Position numbers and translations under genes: made by a program. A stretch of 64,000 nucleotides of DNA from Octopus sinensis (taxonomy: Eukaryota). The notes under the pieces were generated by a model that searched no databases, was not told the DNA's origin, and saw only the letters and a program-made list of their open reading frames with translations. The DNA lies in NCBI RefSeq assembly GCF_006345805.1, contig NC_043000.1:21328001-21392000 (forward strand). The letters are read 5' to 3'. This document shows, one piece after another, positions 27,343 through 38,929 of the stretch; within the stretch, counting starts at the first letter, position 1; each line of letters opens with the position of its first letter.

Positions 27343-27747
27343 GGCGCAGGAGTGGCTGTGTGGTAAGTAGCTTGCTAACCAACCACATGGTTCCGGGTTC
27401 AGTCCCACTGCGTGGCATCTTGGGCAAGTGTCTTCTGCTATAGCCCCGGGCCGACCAATGCCTTGTGAGTGGATTTGGTAGACGGAAACTGAAAGAAGCC
27501 TGTCGTATATATGTATATATATATATGTGTTTGTTTGTGTGTCTGTGTTTGTTCCCCTAGCATTGCTTGACAACCGATGCTGGTGTGTTTACGTCCCCGT
27601 CACTTAGCGGTTCGGCAAAAAAGAGACCGATAGAATAAGTACTGGGCTTACAAAGAATAAGTCCCGGGGTCGAGTTGCTCGATTAAAGGCGGTGCTCCAG
27701 CATGGCCGCAGTCAAATGACTGAAACAAGTAAAAGAGAAAGAGAGAA
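27343..27747 (+). mobile_element. Full-length SINE family A with 15-bp TSD
   Basis: TSD ATAGAGATACGTATA at 27328-27342 and 27748-27762. Confidence 0.9.
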
Positions 27748-27867
27748 ATAGAGATACGTATATGTATACACATTTATATATAGAGAGAGATAACTATATA
27801 TATATGCCATGTTGGATCGTTAGCCCCTACACGCAATTTTTTTCTCTCCTTGTTTCTTTTCTGTGTA

Positions 27868-27905
27868 TCTTTCTGTCGAAGAGCGTAGGCTCGAAACGTA
27901 AAAGA
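27868..27905 (+). ncRNA. Minimal type I hammerhead-like fold (A6U variant), best copy
   Basis: TCTTT-CTGTCGA-A-GAGC(GTAG)GCTC-GAAAC-GTA-AAAGA. Confidence 0.55.
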
Positions 27906-28025
27906 CTTGTTTTATTTCGATTCCTGAGCGCCATACTAATACATTGTTTGTTTGTACTCCACCTGCCTTCGTCTTTTGTTTATTTTCGTAAACCTTCCCG
28001 TTATATATATATATATATATATATA

Positions 28026-28200
28026 GTGACGCATATTTGCCATTTGAATATGGCTAACCCCTAAGGGTGGATGCTACTGTAGTTTGTAGCCCCAGGAAGA
28101 TATCTCCTCCAGCTGGCTATAGATATCTTCCTGGGGCTACAAACTACAGTAGCACCCACCCTTAGGGGTTAGCCATATTCAAATGGCAAATATGCGTCAC
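28026..28200. repeat. 80-bp-arm inverted repeat
   Basis: Arms 28026-28105 and 28121-28200 with one mismatch. 15-nt loop. Confidence 0.95.
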
Positions 28201-28394
28201 GATGTGTTACCGCTACTATTTATAACTCGCTCTGAGATTTATCATTATATATATATAATTTTGTTGTATTTCGGGATGATCATTTCATGGGGTGGCGGGC
28301 AAAAAATACATAAATGAATAAAATATCCATCCTGAAATACATCTGTTTCACAAATCGATTTCACATCAGGTATCCTGCAAGCGAATTGATAAAC

Positions 28395-28443
<49 letters not shown>

Positions 28444-28629
28444 ACGTATATATATGTATGTGTGTGTGCATGTATATGTGTGTGTGTGTGTCTATGTGTC
28501 TCTGTGTATATATATATATATAATATATATATGTATGTATGTAGTATGTATGTATGTATGTTGTATGTATGTATGTATGTATGTATTCATGTATGTATGC
28601 ATGCATGAATATATTACATTATTTATAAA

Positions 28630-29528
28630 TTCTGTTTTATTTCAAGGTGTTATTTCAAGATTTCTTGCCAAGATAGAGAGAGAGTCGATTTCTAACCTAG
28701 TTCATTGGAATTTCAGTATCAATAACAGGATATCTTTTATATATATGTATGTCATTGTTCAGTTTTATTTCAAGATTTCTTGCCAATAGAGAAAGAGCCC
28801 GTTTTTAACCTAAATCCAAGGCTCCTTCATTGGAATTTCAACATCAACAACAGGGTATTTTTGTATGTATGTATGTATGTATGTATGTATGTATGTATGT
28901 ATGTATGTATGTATGCATGTATGCATGTATGTATGCATGTATGTATGTATGTATGTATGTATGTATGTATGTATGTATGTATGTCATTGTTTAGTTTTAT
29001 TTCAAGATTTCTTGCCAATAGAGAAAGAGCCCGTTTTTAACCTAGATCCAAGGCTCCTTCATTGGAATTTCAACATCAACAACAGGGTATTTTTGTTTGT
29101 ATGTATGTATCCCAAATCATTATATCAGGCCTGTTGTGCTTACATTTTATTGAGGTCTTCATTGGGACATTCCACCAGTACTTCTTTTTATTATTAGTGG
29201 CCGTGGCTCTACCATGCTGGAGGTTCTTATTCCTTTGTCTTTAGGGTTATCCTTCCGACGGATTGTATTATAGAGTGTCCTAGCTACAACATGATGTCTC
29301 ATCGGTAGATGATACCGTGATGACATTTTCGGACACCTGCTTATGATGTGGGTGATATCATCGGCGTTAACTCCACGAAGTCTTCATCGGTTGTCACATT
29401 TTACTGCTTTTCCTACATCTCTATCCATTTTGTATGTATGTATGTATGTATGTATGTATGTATGTATGTATGTATGTATGTATGTATGTATGTGTGTGTG
29501 TATGTATGTATGTGTGTGTATGTATGTA

Positions 29529-29561
<33 letters not shown>

Positions 29562-29790
29562 ATGTATGTATGTATGTATGTATGTATTACATGATTTATA
29601 AATTCTATCAATAAATGTTATACCTTGTTAAGAGTCTTTAAATTTTAGCATCTTTGTGTGCGCATGTGTGCGTGCATATGTATGTATGTATGTATGTAGG
29701 TAGGTAGGTAGGTAGGTAGGTATGCAAGTTTATTTCAAGATTTCTTGCCAATAGAGAAAGAGCCGGTTTCTAACCTAGATCCAGGATATT
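28630..29790. repeat. Four copies of a ~100-bp unit separated by (TATG)n
   Basis: TTTCAAGATTTCTTGCCAA..AACCTA recurs near 28650, 28770, 29000 and 29733. Confidence 0.85.
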
Positions 29791-30639
29791 TTTGTATGTA
29801 TATATGTATATATGTATGTATGTAAGTATGTATGTATATAGGTAGATATGTAGGTAGGTAGGTAGGTAGGTAGGTAGGTAGGTAGGTAGGTAGGTAGATA
29901 TGTAGGTAGGTACGTATGTGTATATGTGTGCAGATTTGTATGTTTTGTCTTATGTATGTCTTCTCATGCATATAGTTGCATATCTAGACATACTCAGATA
30001 TATTTAAATGATAAACCTCTTTATGTGTGTGTGTGTGCGTGTCCTTGCTGCAGAAATCGCTTGTAACAGTCTCAGTTTCTTTAATTAACTAAATGTCCAA
30101 AACACACTGCAAACGTTACAAAAACTCCGAATACGATTACAGGGATACTAATAACAGCAGAACACTCCAAGCAAAATGATATATTGAAGTAATGGAATGA
30201 AATAATGTTCGAGAATGTTTATTGAATCCTGTCTTCCAGAATTTGGCTGCGCTTACGTGTTAACAAACAGAAATAACAACTTTTCTTCCACATGATTGAA
30301 CAGTACTTAACAACGATAAAGATGTTTATCAAACAGTACGCCGTCTTGGTCAGAAACAATTTTGCGCCATTTCGTGTAGAAAATGAAACCAACGCCCTAG
30401 AAGCAACGTACGATAATGTTGTCACCACGCTGTATAGAAATGCCTTCCCGTTAGAGTTTAAAATCAGAGGTCGATTCTCATGGGGGTCTGAAGTAATTAC
30501 TGAGAAGCGCAATCGATTGATGAATACCACCCATTTAAAGGAAATCGAACTCTGCAGAAGAAATATCATTAAATACGAAAAGAATCAGCGATATCTTACT
30601 GACATCGATAAAAATCTGTAAAATCAAACAACAGAAGTA

Positions 30640-31200
30640 TATTGGTTTCAAATTTTGGTACAAGGCCAGTAATTTCGGGTGAAGCGGGTACGTCGATTAC
30701 AGGGACCCTACTGTTCAACTGATACTTATTTTACCGACTCCGAAAGGATGAAATGCAAAGTTGACCTCGATGGAATGAACAACAGAATCATATTCTTTTC
30801 TACTCTAGGCACAAGGCCCGAAATTGGGGGGGGGGGGGGGGGAGGAGCCAGTCGATTAGATCGACCCCAGTACGCAACTGGTTCTTAATTATTGGTCCCG
30901 AAAGGATGAAAGGCAAAGTCGACCTCGGTGGAATTTGAACTCAGAACATAAGGACAGACGAAATACCTATTTCTTTATTACCCACAAGGGGCTAAACACA
31001 GAGGGGACAAACAAGGACAGACATAGGTATTAAGTCGATTACATCGACCCCAGTGTGTAACTGGTACTTATTTAATCGACCCCGAAAGGATGAAAGGCAA
31101 AGTCGACCTCGGCGGAATTTGAACTCAGAACATAAGGACAGACGAAATACCGCTAAGTATTTCGCCCGGCGTGCTAACGTTTCTGCCAGCTTGCCGCCTT
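30640..31200 (-). mobile_element. Cluster/dimer of family C SINEs
   Basis: Repeated CCCGAAAGGATGAAAGGCAAAGTCGACCTCGG core. Confidence 0.8.
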
Positions 31201-31484
31201 ACAACAGAAACATTAAATGCAAAATAGATTTGTTTGTGCATGTAGAAGCAAACAAGCAATTCTCCTTGGTATAGCAGAATGTCAATACATACATACATAC
31301 ATACATACATACATACATACATACATACATACATACATACATACATACATACATACATCCGGGGCTATAGTAGAAGACATTTGCCCAAGGTACCACGCAG
31401 TGAGACTAAAGCTGGAACCATGTAGTTGAGAAGCAAGCTTCCTACTACACATTTTTTCCCCCTCTCCCTGTTTATTTCTGTGTT

Positions 31485-31522
31485 CCTTTCTTTCGAAGAG
31501 CGTATGCTCGAAACGTAAAAGA
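31485..31522 (+). ncRNA. Decayed hammerhead-like fold, A6U family copy 3
   Basis: CCTTT-CTTTCGA-A-GAGC(GTAT)GCTC-GAAAC-GTA-AAAGA. Confidence 0.45.
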
Positions 31523-31633
31523 ATTTCTCACTTCCCGAGCGTTAAACTAATACGATGAAAGTAAACAAAGTTTGCGTTAGAAGCGTTGAAATGTATTGAA
31601 AGATACGGAAATAATTTATTCTCAAACGTTTGA

Positions 31634-31634
31634 G

Positions 31635-31722
<88 letters not shown>

Positions 31723-31767
31723 GTATGTAGGTAGGTAGGTAGGTAGATAGGTAGGTAGGTAGGTAGG

Positions 31768-31808
<41 letters not shown>

Positions 31809-31892
31809 GATAGATAGATAGATCGATAGATAGATATAGATAGATAGATAGATAGGTATGTAGGTAGGTAGGTAGGTAGGTAGGTAGGTAGG

Positions 31893-31990
<98 letters not shown>
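31634..31990. repeat. (ATAG)n/(GTAG)n array
   Basis: Direct inspection. Confidence 0.95.
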
Positions 31991-31991
<1 letters not shown>

Positions 31992-32295
31992 GAGCAGCAA
32001 CAACAATTCTAGGATGAAATTTATAAGTATTTAATGCATCGCTACGCACGTTTCCACAAATCACATGACTTTATCATCAGAGTCCGTATCCTTGGAGTGA
32101 TTACAGTATAGTCCGCAGTATCTGTACTTATCCTGTTGATCATCGTCATTGATTCATTTCATCACGCAATACTGCATTAGTGGGTGAATCACAGAAGGAT
32201 GTTTATCCATTCTTGCCAGTATGTGGAAACGCGTGTAGCGATGCAGTAAAAACTTTAAAATTCCATCCTAGAATTATTGTTATTATATTTATCCT

Positions 32296-32680
32296 GTGGA
32301 GGCGCAATGGCCCAGTGGTTAGGGCAGCGAACTCGCGGTCGTAGGATCGCGGTTTCGATTCCCAGACCGGGCGTTGTGAGTGTTTATTGAGCGAAAACAC
32401 CTAAAGCTCCACGAGGCTCCGGCAGGGATGGTGGTGATCCCTGCTGTACTCTTTCACCACAACTTTCTCTCACTCTTACTTCCTCTTTCTGTTGTACCTG
32501 TATTTCAAAGAGCCGGCCTTGTCACTCTCTGTGTCACGCTGAATATCCCCGAGAACTACGTTAAGGGTACACGTGTCTGTGGAGTGCTCAGCCACTTACA
32601 CGTTAATTTCACGAGCAGGCTGTTCCGTTGATCGGATCAACCGGAACCCTCACCGTCGTAACCGACGGAATGCTTCCATC
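32296..32680 (+). mobile_element. Full SINE family B with 11-bp TSD
   Basis: TSD ATATTTATCCT at 32285-32295 and 32681-32691. Confidence 0.9.
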
Positions 32681-33034
32681 ATATTTATCCTACATTATAT
32701 CGGTATTAACATGGATGCAACCTCGAAATATTGACTAACTAGTCAGTATCATTAGACGGTAGCTGGCATAATGAAATAGGAGTTTTATCTGCATACGCTT
32801 AACGTTACCATGAACGAATTTAAAAGATATATATATATATAAAAGATATATATATCTGAGATTTCTGCGAAAAATACGTTGTAGTCTGCGAAGGAAAGTT
32901 AGTAGCACGCCGGTAATGATGATGTTTCTCATGACCATTTCAAGACATACTGTAAAGAACTTCGGAGAGATGATATCTCCTTGTATGACATGATTCCCAG
33001 CTAGAACTCTTACATTGATGACAACACAGATATA

Positions 33035-33294
33035 TCTCTCTATATATAAACGGCAGTTTGTCTGTGTGTGTGTCTGTGTGTCTGTTAGGTTGTTCCCTCA
33101 CCCTGACCACGGCTTTCAACCGATTCTGATGAAACTTGATACACACATAGCCCAATGTCATAATTCAAAACTAACGCAGCGAAAATTTTGAAAAGTTCCC
33201 CCAGTTCTGAAAAAAATCGATAAATTCGACATGGGGTCGAGAATCAGAAACACAAACCGCAAACTGTCTAGGGGACGCAACTCGACCTTTTTAA
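33035..33294 (+). mobile_element. 5' part of a Helitron-like non-autonomous element
   Basis: A|TC start then TATATAAACGGCAGTTTGTCTGTGTG, resembling the start of 17361. Truncated by a SINE at 33295. Confidence 0.55.
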
Positions 33295-33710
33295 CAATGG
33301 CCCAGTGGTTAGGCCAGCGGACTCGCGGTCATAGGATCGCGGTTTCGATTCCCAGACCGGGCGTTGTGAGTGTTTATTGAGCGAAAACACCTAAAGCTCC
33401 ACGAGTCTCCGGCAGGGGATGGTGGTGATCCCTGCTGTACTCTTTCACCACAACTTTCTCTCACTCTTTCTTCCTGTTTCTGTTATACCTGTATTTCAAA
33501 GGGCCGGCCTTGTCACTCTCTGTGTCACGCTGAATATCCCGAGAACTACGTTAAGGGTACACGTGTCTGTGGAGTGCTCAGCCACTTACACGTTAATTTC
33601 ACGAGCAGGCTGTTTCGTTGATTCGACGGAGTGCTTCCATTGTCATCTATTGTTCATTGTAATCACACACACACACACACATACACACATACTATATATA
33701 TATATATATA

Positions 33711-34335
33711 TGAGTTGACAAGAAAGTAATTTCGTTTTTCGCAAGTAGATGGAGTTAACGATTTTTTTAATGACTTTTGTCAATGTTGTAATTTTTCTTT
33801 TTGACATTTGATAACCGTTACTTTTAGCTTACTTTAGAAGCAAATTGCGCATAATTTTGTTTACAGCTGTTACTTCAGTGTCAATTTTAACATGGACAAC
33901 AAAAACGAAACTTTTCACCATATTTTACTTTTTTTTATTTCCGTAAAGGCAAGAAAACTGCTGAAACGCACAAAGAGATATATGAAGTTTATGGTGTTGA
34001 TTGCTTAGCAGAACGCACATGTCAAAAATGGTTTTAAAAATTCCATTCTGGATATTTTTCACTCAAAGATGACCAACGTCCTGGTTGACCTCTGAAGTTG
34101 ATTACCGAATCAAAGCCATAATTGAATCAGAGAAGTTAAATGTATCGCACACAATTGAAAATCACTTAAAATGTCTTGAACTCGTTAAGAAGCTTGATTT
34201 TTGGGTTCCACATAAATTGAAAGAGATTCACTGAACACAACGAATCGATATTTGCGATATGCATCTCAAACGCAATGAAATCGACCTTTCTTCGAAAAGA
34301 ACCATCACTTGTGATGAAAATTGGAGTTTCTAATG
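33711..34335 (+). mobile_element. 5' half of a decayed mariner
   Basis: HILLF.FRKGKKTAETHKEIYEVYG, WVPHKL and TCDENW motifs, with stops and frameshifts. Confidence 0.85.
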
Positions 34336-34858
34336 TTACGGGTTGTAACAGTATTGAGGGACAAACACAAAAAAGACACTCACATCATTACACAAACATA
34401 TACGACGTGATTCTTTCAGTTTCAGCCAAACAAATCCACTCATAAGGCTTTGTTCGGCCCGAGGCCATAGGAGACGCTTGCACATGGTGCCACGCAGTGT
34501 GGTACTGGTCAAGGAACTATGACGTTCTAACGACACAGCCACCCTGCGCCTGTACGTATGTGTGTGTATATATATATATATACATACATATATGTGTGTG
34601 TGTGTGCGTGTGTATGTATATATATAATGTATGTGTGTGCGTGTATTTGTATACTCTTTTCTTTTACTTGTTTCAGTCATTTGACTGCGGCCATGCTGGA
34701 GCACCGCCTTTAGTCGAGCAGGACTTATTCCTTGTAAGCCTAGTACTTATTCTATCGGTCACTTTTGTCACACCGCTAAGTCACGGGGACGTAAACACAC
34801 CAGCATCAGTTGTCAAGCGATGTTCGAGGGACAAACACAGACACACAAACTAACATAC

Positions 34859-34891
<33 letters not shown>

Positions 34892-34901
34892 ATATAATAT
34901 A

Positions 34902-34929
<28 letters not shown>

Positions 34930-34932
<3 letters not shown>

Positions 34933-35215
34933 GAATATTAAAATTACTAAGTCTCTCTAAAAGAGATTACGGCAGCGTTACTGGAAATTAATTGTTATCG
35001 CCATATTAATATGGCAGTCTTATAGATATAAGACTAAAAGCTGTCGCTGATTAGCTCCATGAGGCCATCGCCTTAAGATAGCTATTTGACACACAAACTG
35101 TGTCCATTATAACCTTCGAACAAGGGAGGTCAGCCGCTTCACACTGCCAGTCAGACAGCTACAGACGCGTTTCAGGGTATTTGCCCTTTGTCAATGTAGC
35201 GTAGTCGATCCAGCA
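34930..35215 (-). mobile_element. Hammerhead-bearing repeat abutting (TA)n, probable Penelope-like terminal repeat
   Basis: Contains the fold at 35158-35200 and ends at the (TA)n tract 34860-34930. Confidence 0.55.
35158..35200 (-). ncRNA. Minimal type I hammerhead ribozyme fold with U3-A8 covariation
   Basis: Minus strand GCTACA-TTGACAA-AGGG(CAAATA)CCCT-GAAAC-GC-GTC-TGTAGC. Stem I 6 bp, stem II 4 bp, palindromic ACGCGT stem III, GUC site. Confidence 0.75.
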
Positions 35216-36099
35216 GGTGTCGCCACTGATCATCTCTGTTCAAAGGTTTTATTTACCTAGTTTCGGTGGAATACATCAACTTGTTTTCAATAATAGAAAT
35301 ATACATATACATATATACGACAGGCTTCTTTTCAGTTTCCGAAACCATGTGGCTGGTAAGCAAGCTACTAACCACACAGCCACTCCTGTGAATAAATATA
35401 TATATATAAATTATATATATATATACATATATCTGTGAGTGTGTGACCTCAAGTGAAGGTGGGCAGCCAGCCATTTGCAGGTTGCTCCCGCTATAAGCAT
35501 TGTGGAGCCTAGGGTATTTTAGCAATGAGCGGAGGAAGAACTTATCAAAGGCAACGCTGAGAATGGATCTAGATGACTAGCTAAAAACAGGTGACATGTG
35601 GGGTCAGAAGCGTACTACTTCTTCGGATACATCCGGCCTATATTTGATCACCTTAGTTCAGCTCACTTAGGTTAGGGTGTATGATGTAAGACCCAAAACA
35701 CTCCATAACTCCAGGATACAAACACTGACGATATGTCCGAGTATTGCATCAGAAGAAGCACCCACGTTGTTCCTGGCTCACTCCCATTGTGTGGAACCTT
35801 GGGCAAGTGTCTTCTATAGTTCCGGGTCAACCAAAGTCTTGTGAGTGGGATCGGTAGACGGAAACTGAAAGAAGTCCGTCTCTATGTGCGTGTGTGTTTG
35901 TGTTTGTTCCTCACCACCGCTTGTTGATTTAAGTCCGCGTAACTTAGCAATTCAGCAGAAGATACTTATACAATAAGTACTTCGCTTTAGAATATTAAGT
36001 AATGGGATTGGTTTGTTTTACTAAACACTTCAATGCGGTGCCCTAGCACGACCGTAGTGCAATGACTAAAACCAGTAAGATACATATATAGAGGCATGT

Positions 36100-36480
36100 G
36101 TATGTATGTATGAATGCATGTATGAATGTATTATGTATGTATGTGTGTACGTATGTATGTATGCATGTATGTATGTATGTATGTATGTATGTGTGTGCAT
36201 GTGTGTATGTATGTATGTATGTACGTGTGATGTATGTATGTATAAATTTACGTACGTATGTATGGATGTGTGTATGTATATATGTATGTATGTACGTATG
36301 TCTGTATGTATGTATATATGTATGTATGCGTGTACGTATGTATGATGTATATGTGTTTGTATGTACGTATATATGTATGTGTGTATGTATGTACGTATGT
36401 AAGTCTGATATATGTATGTACATAAGTACTACGTATGTACGTACGTATGTATGTATATACACATATGCACATATATATAT
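36100..36480. repeat. Degenerate (TATG)n array
   Basis: Direct inspection. Confidence 0.9.
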
Positions 36481-36749
36481 ACTCCCTACCGTAGCTAGGG
36501 GGCCGTAGGGGCTGTTTGCCCCGGGCGGCACACACTCTAGTTACGCTAGCAATAAACACATATGCCTACTTATATGTATACATATGTACGCACGTTGAAT
36601 CACACACATACACATTCAGCCATGCACACACATAGACATTTAGACTTACATACAGCATACAAATCTGAGAAGGATAATGTAGCCACATGCATACACAGAA
36701 GAGCTTTGTAAAACATGGGCATCTACAGAATACATGTATATTTGTTATT

Positions 36750-36977
36750 CTTTATTGCCCATAAGGGGCTAAACTTAGAGGAGACAAACAAGGACAGACA
36801 AACGGATTAAGTCGATTACATCGACCTCAGTGCGTAACTGGTACTTAATTTATCGAACCCGAAAGGATGAAAGGCAAAGTCGACCTCGGCGGAATTTGAA
36901 CTCAGAACGTAACGGCAGACGAAATATGGCTACGCATTTCGCCTGGCGTGCTAACGTTTCTGCCAGCTCGCCGCCGT
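36750..36977 (-). mobile_element. SINE family C
   Basis: Reverse complement of 38676-38908. ATACATGTATATT is repeated on both sides. Confidence 0.85.
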
Positions 36978-38399
36978 GATACATGTATATTCGTATTATA
37001 TAACATACTGGCTCAAGGACATCATTAATAATTCAAACGCACGCAAGCGCACACACATGTACATACATACATACATACATACATACATACATACATACAT
37101 ACATACATACATACATACATACATACATACATACATACTTTTAGATCATTAGAGGTGATTAATGACTAGCCATTCATGCCTCCCTATCAAGCATTTCGAG
37201 ACGTTTCATATTTAATGAAGCAAACGATTTAAAAAAAAAAAGGGAACATTGCCAAGATTGAAACCTTAGTAACATACCGATTCTAAGATGCAGTTGACTT
37301 GGGAACAAATAAACAAAACAAAACGAATATATAGAAGTAAATAAATGTATAAAACAATCCACTTTAAACTGGAACATGTCAGGACTTGGGGAATGGATAA
37401 ATACAAACACGCTGTTATTGGAAGATCTTAATGAGAGACAGTTAACACTTCATGTGGTTTCTTAGCCGGGATTCAAATAATATTATGAGAAAGAAAGAGA
37501 GAGAGGGGGGTTTATTTTAAACGATTTGATGTTACTAAGTTACTCAAAGAAGAACTTAATTTGGTGCAACCTGGTTTAGCGTGAGCAGTGAGGCTCTTGT
37601 AACGATAAATATGATTAGGTACACAATACTATGAAATGTCGGAGTCAGCAGTTGTAACGATAAAAATTTGCTGTTATAATTGCATACTGTAGGATGTGAA
37701 AGAGAAACAAAGCATGAAGTTTTAAGAAAGTATTTATTTACCGTTACGTTACAATACCTTGCCTCAACGGGCAGGTTATGATAAATCCAAAAGCATGCGA
37801 AGTAAAGTTTGTGTTTGTGTTCTCTTCATTGTTTAGTAGTAATTGCGGAGAGAGATATAATGATGTTGTAAGAGAACAGAATTAGAGCTAGTGAAAGTTG
37901 TAGTGTTGTGGGACGTTGTCTCACAGTTGCTGAAAGTAAATTTCATTTCTCTCGCTGACCATTGTCTTTAGTAACTGCATTCCTTGTGATCATGATTCTA
38001 GCAGTCCGTTCGTTCCCTAACTTATTGAGTCGTCACAAGCTGCCTCGCTCAGTTGTCGCCAAGTGACTACTTGGTTTTTGCTTGGGTGTTCTAGCTTTTA
38101 TAACTATCCAGAAGGATAGACATATCATTGAGAACAATAGATTTAGTTGGTGATCTTGTTATCTCTATTCTAGCTTTTGGTGAAATAGAAGAAGTTAGAA
38201 AGGGTCAAGTGGTGAAGACATTATTTCGGTCTAGCTAAAGGAAACTGGCTGGTGTCAGGACATCGTTGCTGGAGATGAGATGCGTGTGTGGTCAGTGGCG
38301 AGTGCCAAAGGCCTCGAACCGTCGAAAACTGTCCTTCTTATACAGAATAGCAGGCTCTCAGAAGATAGTGGTTAATTTTCGCGTAAGGTAAAATAAACT

Positions 38400-38480
38400 G
38401 TTGTACCAATGTGATTGGACGGCTGGGAACCAACCAATACAAGCAACAGGTTCGTTTAATCACGAGGTCATGTGACCGCT
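38400..38480. promoter_or_regulatory. Candidate promoter of the cupredoxin-repeat gene
   Basis: CCAAT at 38406 and 38434, ATTGG at 38414, E-box GTCATGTGAC at 38467-38476, in CpG-retaining non-repeat sequence. Confidence 0.45.
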
Positions 38481-38548
38481 GGAACGTAAAGGGTTTGTGG
38501 AGCCGTTTTACGAGTATTTAAGCTTTGACGAGAAAAACATCTCACATC

Positions 38549-38582
38549 ATGACAGTGAAAATCACGTCTGCTACAACTCTAT
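38549..38582 (+). CDS. Candidate first coding exon (MTVKITSATTL)
   Basis: ATG downstream of the promoter motifs. Donor GTCAGT at 38583 is phase 1, matching the acceptor at 42067. Weak support. Confidence 0.3.
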
Positions 38583-38675
38583 GTCAGTCTATTGGGTGTC
38601 TTTTCTTTGAATGTGGCCTAAGATATTTGTGTGCGTAGCAACAGTACCAACCTAGATGTGGTATCAGTGCTCAAT

Positions 38676-38908
38676 ACGGCGGCGAGCTGGCAGAAACGTT
38701 AGCACGCCGGGCGAAATGCGTAGCCATATTTCGTCTGCCGTTACGTTCTGAGTTCAAATTCCGCTGAGGTCGACTTTGCCTTTCATCCTTTCGGGGTCGA
38801 TAAATTAAGTACCAGTTACGCACTGGGGCCGATGTAATCGACTTAATCCGTTTGTCTGTCCTTGTTTTCCCCCTCTGTGTTTAGCCCCTTGTGGGTAGTA
38901 AAGAAATA
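38676..38908 (+). mobile_element. SINE family C with 16-bp TSD
   Basis: TSD GGTATCAGTGCTCAAT at 38660-38675 and 38909-38924. Confidence 0.9.
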
Positions 38909-38929
38909 GGTATCAGTGCTCAATCACAA

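Noticed and set aside
28760-29790. Possible decayed hammerheads on the minus strand of the ~100-bp unit and at 29290-29410
   Set aside because: Core has two or more mismatches, GAAAC is present in only one unit, and stem I is unconvincing.
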